A DNA stretch of 64,000 bases from an uncultured Alphaproteobacteria bacterium (GCA_963817535.1 CAWFOW010000011.1:46754-110753); one strand, 5' to 3'; positions 45,796 through 55,973 are shown, counted from the stretch's first letter. The notes: generated by a model not told the origin, from the letters alone. Numbers and translations: made by a program.

Positions 45796-46773
45796 CTACA
45801 GCCGCAGCAGTCGTTCGGCATTGCCATGGGCGATCTTCTCGCGGTCCGCGGCGCTGAGGTCGATCTTGTTCCAGAACTCCATCGCCGTGCTGTTGGCCTC
45901 GTAGGGCCAGTCGATCGCCCAGAGCATGCGGTCCGCACCGATGGCGAGCAGGGTGCAGACGAAAGCCGGCTCGAACCAGTTGCCGCTCGCCGCCACATAA
46001 AGATTGTCGTGGATGTATTCGAGCGGCGTTTTCGCAAGCCCGCGCTGCCTTGCCACGAGATGCGTGTGTTCGTGCAGGCGATGCATCGCGAAGGGCAGCC
46101 CTTCGCCCAGATGTCCCATGATGATCTGAAGCTTCGGATAGGCGTCGAACACGCCCGCGAACAGCATGCGCAGGAAATGGATGCTAGTATCGACCGCGAA
46201 GCCCCAGCCCGGCCGCGCGAGCACGTCCTCGTAACCCTGGAAATAGGCCTTCATCGCATCGGGATGCGGTAGTGCCGGGTGCAGGAAGATCGGAACGTCG
46301 AGCGTCTCCGCCCGCTCGAATATGGGCCAGTACGCCTTGTCGTCGAGGAAGCTTCCGTTGGTATGGCCGTGGACCATTGCGCCAACGAAGCCGTGATCCT
46401 TGACGCAGCGTTCGAGCTCATCGGCCGAGGCTTCCGGCACCACGGTCGGCAGGGCGGCAAACCCGGCGAACCGCTTGGGGTGCTCGGCTTTTGCGACGGC
46501 AAGCCGTTCGTTAACCGCCTTCGCCATGGCGTTCGCCTCGCCCGGCGTGAAGCGCGACACCATCGGCATGTTGAACGACAGCACTTGGACGTCGATGCCC
46601 GCGGCGTCCATGTGCTTCAGACGGGACGGGCCGAGCTCGTCGAGCTCGAAGCCGATATCGTGCCCGATCGCGGCGCTGCGGGATGTCATGTAGAAGCTGC
46701 GGGCCTCGTTGACCTGCGCCTTCTCCCGGAAGGAGGGGAGGGAGAAATGCTCCTCGATGGCGATGATTCGCAT
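45796..46773 (-). CDS. Amidohydrolase_2 family metal-dependent hydrolase/decarboxylase (ACMSD/LigW/LigJ-like)
   Basis: MRIIAIEEHF start block, HPALPHPDAMKAY, IDWPYE... motifs of the amidohydrolase-2 family. Confidence 0.75.
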   Translation of the reverse strand: MRIIAIEEHFSLPSFREKAQVNEARSFYMTSRSAAIGHDIGFELDELGPSRLKHMDAAGIDVQVLSFNMPMVSRFTPGEANAMAKAVNERLAVAKAEHPKRFAGFAALPTVVPEASADELERCVKDHGFVGAMVHGHTNGSFLDDKAYWPIFERAETLDVPIFLHPALPHPDAMKAYFQGYEDVLARPGWGFAVDTSIHFLRMLFAGVFDAYPKLQIIMGHLGEGLPFAMHRLHEHTHLVARQRGLAKTPLEYIHDNLYVAASGNWFEPAFVCTLLAIGADRMLWAIDWPYEANSTAMEFWNKIDLSAADREKIAHGNAERLLRL

Positions 46774-46856
46774 GCATTTATCCTGTGCGCCGGCCATGGT
46801 CTATGGCCTTTCGATAGCCCGACGGTAGCATCGCGGCCGCTGGACGGGAAGGTCAA

Positions 46857-46879
46857 AATGTTATACACTGCATAACATT
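46857..46879. promoter_or_regulatory. Palindrome AATGTTATAcactgcATAACATT abutting the Rieske alpha start codon, in the divergent amidohydrolase/Rieske promoter
   Basis: 7-8 bp inverted arms ATGTTATA/TATAACAT with the ACTGCA core. AT-rich. Confidence 0.45.
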
Positions 46880-48184
46880 ATGAAGGCGTCCGACCTCATC
46901 GACCTCGAAGCCGGAACCCTCAATCGGGAAATCTTCTCGAGCGAGGAGATATTCCAGCGCGAGCTCGAGCGCGTGCTCGCCCCGGCCTGGAGTTATGTCG
47001 GCCATACCAGCCAGATCCCGGACAAGGGCGACTTTTTCCTGTCGCGCTGCGGGACGGAGGCCGTCATCGTCGCGCGTGGCCGGGACGGCACGGTCCGCGT
47101 GATGCTGAACAGCTGCCGTCATCGCGGCATGCCGGTCTGCCGCTACGATGCTGGCAACACGTCAAGCTTCGTCTGCAGCTATCACGGGTGGTCCTACGCG
47201 ATTGACGGCGCGCTCGACGGCGTGCCGCGCAAGGAACGCTACCAGGGCCGGCTCGAGTGCGAGAAATGGGGATTGGTCCAGGCCCGCGTGAGCGTGTTCC
47301 ACGGCTCCATCTGGGCGACGTTCGACGAGGCCCTGCCGACGTTCGAGGACTATCTCGGCCCGGACATGCAGTTCTATCTGCGATCCCTGCTGCAGGGGCC
47401 GGATGGCGATGACGACGGCTACGAGGTGATCGGTGGGATCGTCAAATGGCAGATCCCGTGCAACTGGAAGTTCGGCGCGGAGAACTTCGCCGGTGACCAC
47501 TACCACGGCTACAGCCATATCTCGGTCGAGCGCCTGTCGGTGGGGCTGAGCGGCAAGAAATCGCGGCACAATTTCGCCGCCGTAAAGACGCCACGCCAGG
47601 CGATGAGCGTCGCGGCGCCCGATCGCGGCCACACGATCCGGGCCAGCGTCTACCAGGCACTTGCCGGATACGACCCGCAAATGGGCGCGCCCGACGAGGT
47701 GAACGAGTATTACCAGAAGTGCCACGAGGAACGGCAGAGACGCCTGGGAGACAAGTCGCGCCTGCTGATCCACGGCGGCGTGATCTTTCCCAACACGCAT
47801 TTCAACAGCGCCGGGCGAACGACCATCGGCGTCTGGCTGCCGCTTTCCGCCTCCCGGACGGAGGTGTGGCGCTGGCTGTTCGTGCCGCGGAACGCGCCCG
47901 CGACCGTGAAGGACACGCTGCGCGAATATTATCTGCGCTATGCGGGGCCCGCAGGTCTGGTCGAGCAGGACGACATGGAAAACTGGTCGGCAGCGCAGCG
48001 CGGCACCCAGAGCCTCGTCGCGCGCCGATACCCGTTCAATTACCAGCTTGCGATGGGGCTGACGCGACGGGCGACGCCGGACGAATGGCTTGGCGACGAG
48101 GTGACGATCACCGAGGGCGTTGCCGAGCATAACCAGCGTGCGTTCTACGGCCACTGGGCGAATCTCATGGCAGGCGAGCCTTGA
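46880..48184 (+). CDS. Rieske aromatic ring-hydroxylating dioxygenase, alpha subunit
   Basis: Rieske CRHRGMPVCRYDAGNTSSFVCSYHGW. Catalytic-domain His/Asp motifs. Confidence 0.85.
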   Translation: MKASDLIDLEAGTLNREIFSSEEIFQRELERVLAPAWSYVGHTSQIPDKGDFFLSRCGTEAVIVARGRDGTVRVMLNSCRHRGMPVCRYDAGNTSSFVCSYHGWSYAIDGALDGVPRKERYQGRLECEKWGLVQARVSVFHGSIWATFDEALPTFEDYLGPDMQFYLRSLLQGPDGDDDGYEVIGGIVKWQIPCNWKFGAENFAGDHYHGYSHISVERLSVGLSGKKSRHNFAAVKTPRQAMSVAAPDRGHTIRASVYQALAGYDPQMGAPDEVNEYYQKCHEERQRRLGDKSRLLIHGGVIFPNTHFNSAGRTTIGVWLPLSASRTEVWRWLFVPRNAPATVKDTLREYYLRYAGPAGLVEQDDMENWSAAQRGTQSLVARRYPFNYQLAMGLTRRATPDEWLGDEVTITEGVAEHNQRAFYGHWANLMAGEP

Positions 48185-48717
48185 CGCCCACAGACCGCAC
48201 CCAGGCGCTAGAAGCGTTGCTGCTGCAGTCGGACGTCGAGCGCTTCTTCAGCGCCGAAGCCGAGATGCTCGACGAGCGGCGCTTCGACGACTGGCTCGAA
48301 CTGCTGCACGAGGACCTGCACTACTGGATGCCGATCGCGCGCAACGTGCGGTTCGACGCGCCCGAACTCGAATATACGCGCGAGCATCGCGATGCGAACT
48401 GGTTCGATGAGGGTAAGGACACGCTGCGCAAACGGGTGCAGCAAATTCAGGGCGGCGATCATTGGGCGGAGGAGCCGCGGTCGCGCACGACGCATCTCGT
48501 GGCAAACGTGCGGGTCGCGGCGACCAACGGTGCGGATATTACCGTCAAGTGCCGCTTCATCGTCTACACCAACCGCCTCGAGCACGAGTTCGAATTCTTC
48601 GTCGGCAAGCGCGTCGACGTGCTGCGCCGCGACGGTGGGACGTTGATGCTTCTGCGCCGCGCGATCTATCTCGACCAGAGCGTGCTCCTGTCGCGAAACC
48701 TGACCACCTTCTTCTAG
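48181..48717 (+). CDS. Ring-hydroxylating dioxygenase beta subunit
   Basis: NTF2-like beta-subunit pattern (EAEMLDERRFDDWLELL...). TTG start overlaps the alpha stop. Confidence 0.8.
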   Translation: MTPTDRTQALEALLLQSDVERFFSAEAEMLDERRFDDWLELLHEDLHYWMPIARNVRFDAPELEYTREHRDANWFDEGKDTLRKRVQQIQGGDHWAEEPRSRTTHLVANVRVAATNGADITVKCRFIVYTNRLEHEFEFFVGKRVDVLRRDGGTLMLLRRAIYLDQSVLLSRNLTTFF

Positions 48718-48720
48718 GAG

Positions 48721-49182
48721 GTGGCGATTTCAACGCGGCGCGTAAAAGATACCTCGGGTGGGCTCACGGACAGTCTGGACTTTCTGATCCGGGACACGCG
48801 ACTTCTGCTCACGAGGCAGATCGAGGTCCGGGTGGAAAAGCAGGGCATTCCGCTGCGAAGCTGGTTTCCGCTCCGCGTTCTATACAAGCGTGAAGGGATC
48901 ACCCAGCGCGAGCTCGGCTTGCTGCTGGGATATGGCGACGCGCATGCGGGGGTGATTGTGCGTTCCATGGAGCGCCGGCGGTTGATCGAACGGCGCCCGA
49001 GCCAGACGGACAAGCGCCGGATCGATCTCTATCTGACGCCGGAAGGAAAGAAGATGGCGCGCCAGACCCTGCGCCACATGCGGGCCATCAATGCTCGGAT
49101 CGTGGCGGGCTTCAGCGCCGCCGACGAACGGGCCTTCCGGTCGCTCCTGTCGCGAGCGCACGAAAATCTCGAAGAGACATGA
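48721..49182 (+). CDS. MarR family transcriptional regulator
   Basis: wHTH ...GITQRELGLLLGYGDAHAGVIVRSMERRRLIERRPSQTDKRRIDLYLTPEGKK. GTG start, RBS ctaggagg. Confidence 0.75.
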   Translation: MAISTRRVKDTSGGLTDSLDFLIRDTRLLLTRQIEVRVEKQGIPLRSWFPLRVLYKREGITQRELGLLLGYGDAHAGVIVRSMERRRLIERRPSQTDKRRIDLYLTPEGKKMARQTLRHMRAINARIVAGFSAADERAFRSLLSRAHENLEET

Positions 49183-49268
49183 CGACGGATGTCGTGACGC
49201 CGATGTCAATGATACGTCCGTTCTCTCCAAAGGCCGGTCCAACCAAAGCCTCATAGGGACATCTCATC

Positions 49269-50282
49269 ATGATTCGCCGAAATCTCGCCGTCGCCGCCGC
49301 CGTTGCCGGTCTTGTCGCTGGTGCGATGGCGCCCGCACGCGCGGACGAGCCGACCGTGCTCAAGTTCGCCTATCCGGGGCCGCTGGCGAGTTGGCCTGCG
49401 ACGAAGGGCGTCGCGCCGTGGGCGGCCAAGATCAAGGCGGCGTCCGGCGACCTCGTGGAGATCAAGATCTATCCCGGCATCGCGAGCTACCGCAATGTGT
49501 ACGACCGCATCCTCAACGGCGTTGCGGATTTCGGCTTCGGCACGTTCGGACGTATCGAAGGCCAGTTTCCGAAGACCTCCGTCACCGGATTGCCGTTCCT
49601 CGCGGACAACAGCGTCGAAACCGGGCTCGGTGTCTGGCGGCTCTATGCCAAAGGTGTCATTGCCGACGAATATCGCCGCGTGAAGCCCATCGCGATGTTC
49701 GGGTTCGGCAATTCCGAGCTCTTCCTGACCAGCGCCATCAAGTCGCTGGACGACCTTAAGGGCTTGAAGGTCTTCGCGAATGGCCGGTCCGTCGCACGAA
49801 TCGTCACGCTTGTCGGTGCCGTTCCGATCACGTCCAATCCCGCCGAGCTGTTCCAGGGGTTGAACCGCGGCATTGCGCATGGCGCAGTGTTTACCTGGTC
49901 GGGTGTCCAGCAGTTCAAGCTCGTCGAGCTGATCAAGTTCGACATCAACATCCCTTTCGGCCGGACGGGCGGATACTTTTTCATGAACAAGGAGGCGTTC
50001 GCGCGCCTCCCCGCGAAGGCGCAGCAGGCGATCGACAAGTATAGCGGTGACGACCTATCCCGGTTCATGGGCCAGGAAGCCGACAACCAGGACGAAGCGG
50101 ACCGGGCGCACGTCATGGCGGCCAATCCGAACCAGAAGGGCATGAAGCTTTCGGCTGCGGAGCTGGACAAGCTGCGCCACGTCCTGGCACCGGTGACCGA
50201 CGAGTGGGTCAAGGCCACGCCCGATGGGGCCAAGGTCCTTGCCGCCTATCGCGCCGAGGTCGAGGAGATGCGCAAGCACTGA
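49269..50282 (+). CDS. TRAP-transporter DctP-family solute-binding protein (orphan; paralog of 18811-19815)
   Basis: Signal peptide MIRRNLAVAAAVAGLVAGAMAPARA and DctP fold. Confidence 0.8.
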   Translation: MIRRNLAVAAAVAGLVAGAMAPARADEPTVLKFAYPGPLASWPATKGVAPWAAKIKAASGDLVEIKIYPGIASYRNVYDRILNGVADFGFGTFGRIEGQFPKTSVTGLPFLADNSVETGLGVWRLYAKGVIADEYRRVKPIAMFGFGNSELFLTSAIKSLDDLKGLKVFANGRSVARIVTLVGAVPITSNPAELFQGLNRGIAHGAVFTWSGVQQFKLVELIKFDINIPFGRTGGYFFMNKEAFARLPAKAQQAIDKYSGDDLSRFMGQEADNQDEADRAHVMAANPNQKGMKLSAAELDKLRHVLAPVTDEWVKATPDGAKVLAAYRAEVEEMRKH

Positions 50283-50330
50283 CGCTGACTACCAAGGAGC
50301 GCTACGTTTCGACGGGGGCGTGGGGCGAAT

Positions 50331-51095
50331 TCAGGCCTCGGCCACGACGGCGCGCGACAGGTGAAAGCGCCGGGACAGGACGCCCACGAGCCCGCCGATC
50401 GAAATCCAGAACACCGCCGAGGTGAGGAGGGCGGCGATCAAGAACTCGTGCTGCAGCGCTGCCGGGGCGAGTCCGGCGTGCACCTCCGGCTCGGGTGCGC
50501 CGATGACATGCGGGATGACCAGGGCCAGAGCACCGGCCGCCTTGGCCAACCCGCCCTTGCCGTAGACGAGCAGCGCGATGCCGATTCCCGTCGCCGCAGC
50601 TGTTCCGACCCACCAGACCTGGCGCGCCGCAAGGTCGGCGGTCGCGGTTCCCGGAAGCTCCGGCGGGAGGCCGAGCGCCGGTGCGGCGGCGAAAGCGAGG
50701 AAGCCAGCCCCGCCCCAGGCCAGCCCCGCTTTCAGAGTCGCTTCGGTGCGGCGCAGGGCGAAGGCGGCCGCGACCACGAGGGCGCCGCCTACGGCGAGGA
50801 TCGTGTTGGTGATCAGCGTCCAGATGCCGCGCTCGACCGGCGAGGCGGGCTCCCACGCCTTATCCCCGTCACCGTGCGCTTGATGCTGATGGGCGGCCAT
50901 GTCGTCGGTATGGCCCGCATGGGAATGCACCTGTGGCGGCCCCGCCGCTTCGTACTTCTCGGCCTCCACGATAAGGGGCACCGACCAAATCAACTGCAGG
51001 ACGCTAACGGAAACGCCCGCTACGGCGCCCGCGATCAGGGCGACCATAAAAATCCGCGCGAGCATTGCGTCGTACCTTGCGCGGCTTCGCGTCAA
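50331..51095 (-). CDS. cbtA: CbtA-family cobalt transporter subunit
   Basis: Multi-TM protein with His-rich loop HSHAGHTDDMAAHQHQAHGDGDK. Start overlaps the cbtB stop. Confidence 0.7.
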   Translation of the reverse strand: MTRSRARYDAMLARIFMVALIAGAVAGVSVSVLQLIWSVPLIVEAEKYEAAGPPQVHSHAGHTDDMAAHQHQAHGDGDKAWEPASPVERGIWTLITNTILAVGGALVVAAAFALRRTEATLKAGLAWGGAGFLAFAAAPALGLPPELPGTATADLAARQVWWVGTAAATGIGIALLVYGKGGLAKAAGALALVIPHVIGAPEPEVHAGLAPAALQHEFLIAALLTSAVFWISIGGLVGVLSRRFHLSRAVVAEA

Positions 51096-51277
51096 TGGCA
51101 GGGGAAGGCAAAGGTGTGGCGCCCGTCGTGCGCGGCGTTGTGAATCGCCGACGGCTGGGCGAACCCGACCCCGTAGATCAGGAACAGCCCAAGCAGCATC
51201 GCCGCCGTGACCGCGGGAATGCGCGCGATGAGGTCATGGTCCAGCCTGTCGGCAAGAACACGAGTCCCGGTAATCAT
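51092..51277 (-). CDS. cbtB: CbtB-family small cobalt transporter subunit
   Basis: 61 aa, one TM helix, C-terminal HDGRHTFAFPCH motif. Confidence 0.65.
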   Translation of the reverse strand: MITGTRVLADRLDHDLIARIPAVTAAMLLGLFLIYGVGFAQPSAIHNAAHDGRHTFAFPCH

Positions 51278-51439
51278 AATCCTTCTCCTTGTTGTTCGGT
51301 CGTTGCGGTCCGCCGGACCTTGATGTTTGCCACGCCTTGTGGGGCCGCAACCTTCCGCAGAGCGCCACGACGAACCGCTCGAGACAAGCCTAGAATCAGG
51401 CAGCCGGCAGTTCCGAGCGGAGCGCCCGCTTCCGATGAT
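51278..51439 (-). ncRNA. Candidate cobalamin (B12) riboswitch in the cbtBA leader
   Basis: Minus-strand GGAAGCGGGCGCTCCG...GGCTGCC...GTGGCGCTCTGCGGAAGG loosely resembles the GGGAAG/GCTGCC/B12-box/GGAAGG elements. The cbtAB genes are classically B12-riboswitch controlled. Confidence 0.35.
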
Positions 51440-52201
51440 CTATAGGTACTTCGTTGGGCGCCGGATGGTACGCCACATGTGTGCGACTGGCGAGTTGTCG
51501 TAACCGAGCCCTTCCTCCGGCTGACGGAAATTGCGCCCGATGATGTCGACGAACGGGTCCATGCTGACAACCGCGTTCGGATCGAACGAGTAGATGTCGT
51601 GCACCGTGATCAGGCGCGCCGTCATGTACCACTTGTGGTTCCGCGCGCGCCAATATGCTTCCTTGATGTAGTCGTCGGGCTCATAGTCCGCGCCGAAATA
51701 GCTGGTGTAGAGCTCGGGATACTTGTAGCCGACGGACTCGTCGGGGAAGAAGCGCAGCGCCTGATGCGCGCGGATCGCCCAGCTTACCTCCTCGTCGACA
51801 TAGGGCTCGATGAGCTGGGCGCCCCAATAGCCGTGGTCGCTCTTTATGAACAGCCCGTTCGCGATGTCGTGCAGCAGACAGGCGAGAATGATCTTCTCCT
51901 CCATCCCGGCCTTGAGGGCGTGGGTCGCGCTTTGCAGCAGGTGATTGGCGCCGCGCATGCGCAACTCGAAGTAGTCGAGCAGGGTGGGCTTCGCGGGCAT
52001 CTTCGGCAGGCGCGGATCGTCGCCGATCAGAAACAGCTTGCCCGCATGCTTCCTCTGTTCGGCGATGCCCATGCCGATGGCGCCGAGATGGCCATCCTCC
52101 ATGTTGGCGAGCGCCGACTTGGTCAGGATCACGTCGAGCTCGTCGCTCATCTTCAATTCGAGGTCGTCGGCAAGCTCGGACAGGTTCGCTTTGGTGGCCA
52201 T
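51440..52201 (-). CDS. HD-domain protein, myo-inositol-oxygenase (MIOX)-like family
   Basis: NHLLQSATHA...LLHDIANG...WAIRAHQALRFFPD...VHDIYSFDP parallels the MIOX H..Q / HD / ...H....YP.. / ...FD.. pattern. Confidence 0.5.
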   Translation of the reverse strand: MATKANLSELADDLELKMSDELDVILTKSALANMEDGHLGAIGMGIAEQRKHAGKLFLIGDDPRLPKMPAKPTLLDYFELRMRGANHLLQSATHALKAGMEEKIILACLLHDIANGLFIKSDHGYWGAQLIEPYVDEEVSWAIRAHQALRFFPDESVGYKYPELYTSYFGADYEPDDYIKEAYWRARNHKWYMTARLITVHDIYSFDPNAVVSMDPFVDIIGRNFRQPEEGLGYDNSPVAHMWRTIRRPTKYL

Positions 52202-52418
52202 GGGGTCATCCTCCCGTCAGGGGCGTGCGTCCATCCCGATTGGGGAAAAGCCTAGTCCAAGGCGCAATGCCCGGCAAAGGTTTTGGCAAGACCTGTCATT
52301 TAGGTGTCGCCGGTTCTGCCCCCGCTGGAGCCGGAACCAGCCATGAACTAGTATGCGGCCCGAACCGTCAATTGGGTGCTGCTCGCCAAGTCCTGGTCCG
52401 AGCTCGAGGAGAACAACT

Positions 52419-54041
52419 ATGACATCTCTCACCGCGACGCCAGCCTGGCAGGCGCTCACGACCCACTATGCGAAAATCAAGGACCTGCACCTGAGAAACC
52501 TGTTCGCCGACGATCCCGGCCGTGCCGAGCGGATGTGTGCCGAGGGCGCCGGCCTGTTCCTCGACTACTCGAAGAACCGGATCACCGACGATACGCTGCC
52601 CCTGCTACTGAAGCTCGCCGAGGAACGCGGTGTGGCCGCCCGGCGCGACGCAATGTTCGCGGGCGAGGCGATCAACACCACGGAGCGCCGCGCGGTGCTG
52701 CACGTGGCCCTCCGCGCGCCGCGAAGTGCCCGCATCGAGGTCGACGGGGCCGATGTGGTGCCTGATGTTCATCGGGTGCTGGACGCGATGGCGGATTTCA
52801 CGACGCGCCTGCGCAACGGCAGCGGGACAGGCCATACGGGGAAGCGCATCCGCAATGTCGTGAATATCGGTATCGGCGGGTCGTATCTCGGGCCCGAGAT
52901 GGCCTATCGCGCGCTGCGCCCGTTCAGCGACCGCTCGATGACATTCCGCTTCGTCGCTAATGTCGACGGTGCCGATTTCGGCGAGGCGACGCACGACCTC
53001 GACGCGGCCGAGACGCTGTTCATCGTCTCGTCGAAGACCTTCACGACGCTGGAGACCATGACCAACGCGGCGACGGCGCGCGCCTGGCTGGTCGGAAAGC
53101 TCGGCTCCGACAAGGCGGTGGCTAAGCATTTCGCGGCGGTCTCGACCAATATCCCTGCCGTCACAAAGTTCGGCATCGACGAGGCCAACACGTTCGGCTT
53201 CTGGGACTGGGTCGGCGGCCGCTATTCGATGGACAGCGCCATCGGGCTGTCCACGATGATCGCTTTGGGGCCGGATAACTATCGCGACCTGCTCGCGGGC
53301 TTCCATGCGATGGACGAGCATTTCCGCACGGCACCCGCGGCCCGCAACCTGCCGATGCTGCTCGGGCTCCTTACGGTCTGGTACAACAACTTCTTCGGCG
53401 CGCAGACCGTCGGTGTCATGCCGTACTCGGCCCACCTCGCGCGCTTCCCCGCCTATCTCCAACAACTGCAGATGGAGAGCAACGGCAAGCATGTCGATCT
53501 CGACGGCGACGTCGTCGACTATCAGACAGGCCCCGTCATCTGGGGCGAGCCTGGCACGGACGGCCAGCACTCATTCTACCAGCTGATCCATCAAGGCACG
53601 AAGCTCATCCCTTGCGACATGATCGGCTTCTGCCGCCCGCTGAGTCCGCTCGCCGATCAGCATGACCTGCTGATGGCCAACCTGTTCGCGCAGGCCGAAG
53701 CGCTGGCTTTCGGCAAGACCGCCGAGGAACTGGAGGCCGAAGGCTCGCCCAGCTTCCAAACGCCCCATCGAGTCGCCGAGGGTAACCGGCCGACCAACCT
53801 GATCCTGGCCGAGAAGCTCGACCCCGCGACGCTGGGAAGCCTAGTGTCATTGTACGAGCACTCGGTCTTCACTCAAGGCGCAATCTGGGGGATCGACAGC
53901 TTCGATCAGTGGGGCGTCGAGCTGGGCAAGGTCTTGGCCAGCCGCATCATCCCCGAACTCGGCCACGAAACTGAGCCGAAGCTGGCACATGACTCATCGA
54001 CCAACGCGCTGATTACGCGTTACCGGCGCTTGCGCGGGTGA
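52419..54041 (+). CDS. pgi: Glucose-6-phosphate isomerase
   Basis: 540 aa. PGI signature blocks ([40 protein letters not shown], the conserved catalytic Glu/His region). Confidence 0.9.
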   Translation: MTSLTATPAWQALTTHYAKIKDLHLRNLFADDPGRAERMCAEGAGLFLDYSKNRITDDTLPLLLKLAEERGVAARRDAMFAGEAINTTERRAVLHVALRAPRSARIEVDGADVVPDVHRVLDAMADFTTRLRNGSGTGHTGKRIRNVVNIGIGGSYLGPEMAYRALRPFSDRSMTFRFVANVDGADFGEATHDLDAAETLFIVSSKTFTTLETMTNAATARAWLVGKLGSDKAVAKHFAAVSTNIPAVTKFGIDEANTFGFWDWVGGRYSMDSAIGLSTMIALGPDNYRDLLAGFHAMDEHFRTAPAARNLPMLLGLLTVWYNNFFGAQTVGVMPYSAHLARFPAYLQQLQMESNGKHVDLDGDVVDYQTGPVIWGEPGTDGQHSFYQLIHQGTKLIPCDMIGFCRPLSPLADQHDLLMANLFAQAEALAFGKTAEELEAEGSPSFQTPHRVAEGNRPTNLILAEKLDPATLGSLVSLYEHSVFTQGAIWGIDSFDQWGVELGKVLASRIIPELGHETEPKLAHDSSTNALITRYRRLRG

Positions 54042-54048
54042 TGCGGGC

Positions 54049-54827
54049 CTAGTTCATCGTCAGCCCGCCGGACACGCTGATCGCCTGTCCGGTGATATAG
54101 CCGCCGGCACCCGAGGCAAGGAACGCCATGGTGCCGGCGATCTCGCGGGCTGTTCCGGGTCGCTTTAGCGGTACGCGGCGGATCATCTCCTCGACGATCT
54201 TGGAGCCGGTGGTGCCGCGACTGCGCAGCCCGTCGAGCGTCGGTCCCTCTGTCGGTCCCGGACAGACGACGTTTACGGTGATACCGTTGCGTCCGACTTC
54301 ACGCGCAAGCGCTTTCGCGAAGGCGATCATTCCGCCATGCGCCGCCGATGCGACGGCGGCGCCGGACTGGCCGACCTTGCCGCCGTCCGATCCGACCTGC
54401 ACGATCCGTCCGGCCCCCTGAGCCACCATGTGTGGTACGACCGCGCGTGCGAGATTGACGAACCCCATCATCTGCACGGCGACCAGATCTCGCCATACCT
54501 CAGGCGACTGCTCGGTGAACAGTACGAACCCTTCGTCCGATCGCCAGCCGACGCAGCTCGCCAGAACGTCGATCCGACCGTACTCGGCGAGAACACTGGC
54601 GGTCCATGCCTCGACGGCCTTGAGATCGGAAACGTCGAGCTTATCCAATCGGGCCCGTCGCCCCAATGACCTGACGTCCTCCAACGCGGCCCGCGCCTCG
54701 CCGTCGCGCGAATGGTAGGTCAGTGCGAGGTCTGCGCCGCACTCGGCAAAGACGCGCGCCACGTCGCGGCCGATCCCGCCGGCCGCCCCCGGTATCAGCG
54801 CCACCTTGCCGATCAGGTCGATCATTT
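54049..54827 (-). CDS. SDR family oxidoreductase
   Basis: GAAGGIGRDVA cofactor motif. Catalytic region and NVVCPG. Confidence 0.8.
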
Positions 54828-55042
54828 CCCCGGAATCCCTCGTGCGATTTCTGCCCAACTTATATCCGGGCGAATCCGACGCGTACACCGGTTGTCTGCG
54901 AAGGCTGGACATGGGGGCCCGACACCGGCGAATATTCGCCAAGGAACACGTCTTTCGCGGAACGGATCGGGCAGGAGCCGGCGCGCCGCATTCTGGCCGG
55001 AACCAGACAGGCTCTCGATCCGTGCCCTTGGGAGGAAGCGCC

Positions 55043-55966
55043 ATGAAGACCGTCACCATCTGCTCGATCGACTACGTCGAAACCCACGAGGCTGGGATCG
55101 GCCGGGCTGGCCGCATGCTCGCCAAGGGCTTCCCCCTCGACACGGGCATCCCTGGCGTCGAGATGGAGTTTGCCTGGACGCACTACTTCCCGGGCTACGG
55201 GACGCCACGCCACAAGCACACGTTCGACCAGTTCCGCTTCGCGCTTGAAGGCCCGCGCGAGATCAAGGGCGGGGTGCTCGCGCCCGGCGATTGCGGCTTC
55301 TACCCCGAAGGCGTGCTTTACGGGCCACAGCTCCAGACCGAAGAATCATCGGGGCTGGGGCTGCAGTTCATGGGCCCGAACGGCGGGCTTTACCTGACCC
55401 ACGAGGCGCTGCAGAACGCGCGCAAGGAGTTGTCGGCCGAAGGTGCGACGTTCGAGGGCGGCGTCTATACGCGCGTCATGCCGGGCGGGCGCAAGGTCAA
55501 CATGGATTCGCACGCCGCGTGCTACGAGAAGATCACCGGTCACAAGCCGAAATTCCCCAAGGGCCGGATCGACGGGCCGGTGATCATGCGGGCCGATGCG
55601 GCGAAGTGGGTGCCCGACCGGCGGATCGCGGGGCTTGAGCACAAGCATTACGGCAGCTTCGGCGAATACCGTTCGGGCATCGGCATGCACCGCCTCGCGC
55701 CCGGCGCCAAAATCCCGGCGCACGTCCAGGAGGACGCGGAGATCGTCTATTTTACCGAGGGCTCGATCGAGTATGACGGCAGGACTTGGCTGGGTGGCAG
55801 GACGCGCGAGCGCGGCACCTACATGTTCATCCAGAACGGCGCCGAGGTGAAGGAGATCGCCTCGAAGACGGGCGCGACCTGCCTGTTTATCTCGCTGCCC
55901 ATGCTGGCCGATATCGAGGCCGAGCGCGCCATGGCGGCACGGGCTCGCGAAACCGTCGACGCGTGA
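55043..55966 (+). CDS. Bicupin-like cupin-domain protein
   Basis: 307 aa with two cupin-like halves (His-containing G(X)5HXH-like segments). No closer family recognised. Confidence 0.5.
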   Translation: MKTVTICSIDYVETHEAGIGRAGRMLAKGFPLDTGIPGVEMEFAWTHYFPGYGTPRHKHTFDQFRFALEGPREIKGGVLAPGDCGFYPEGVLYGPQLQTEESSGLGLQFMGPNGGLYLTHEALQNARKELSAEGATFEGGVYTRVMPGGRKVNMDSHAACYEKITGHKPKFPKGRIDGPVIMRADAAKWVPDRRIAGLEHKHYGSFGEYRSGIGMHRLAPGAKIPAHVQEDAEIVYFTEGSIEYDGRTWLGGRTRERGTYMFIQNGAEVKEIASKTGATCLFISLPMLADIEAERAMAARARETVDA

Positions 55967-55973
55967 GGATTCG

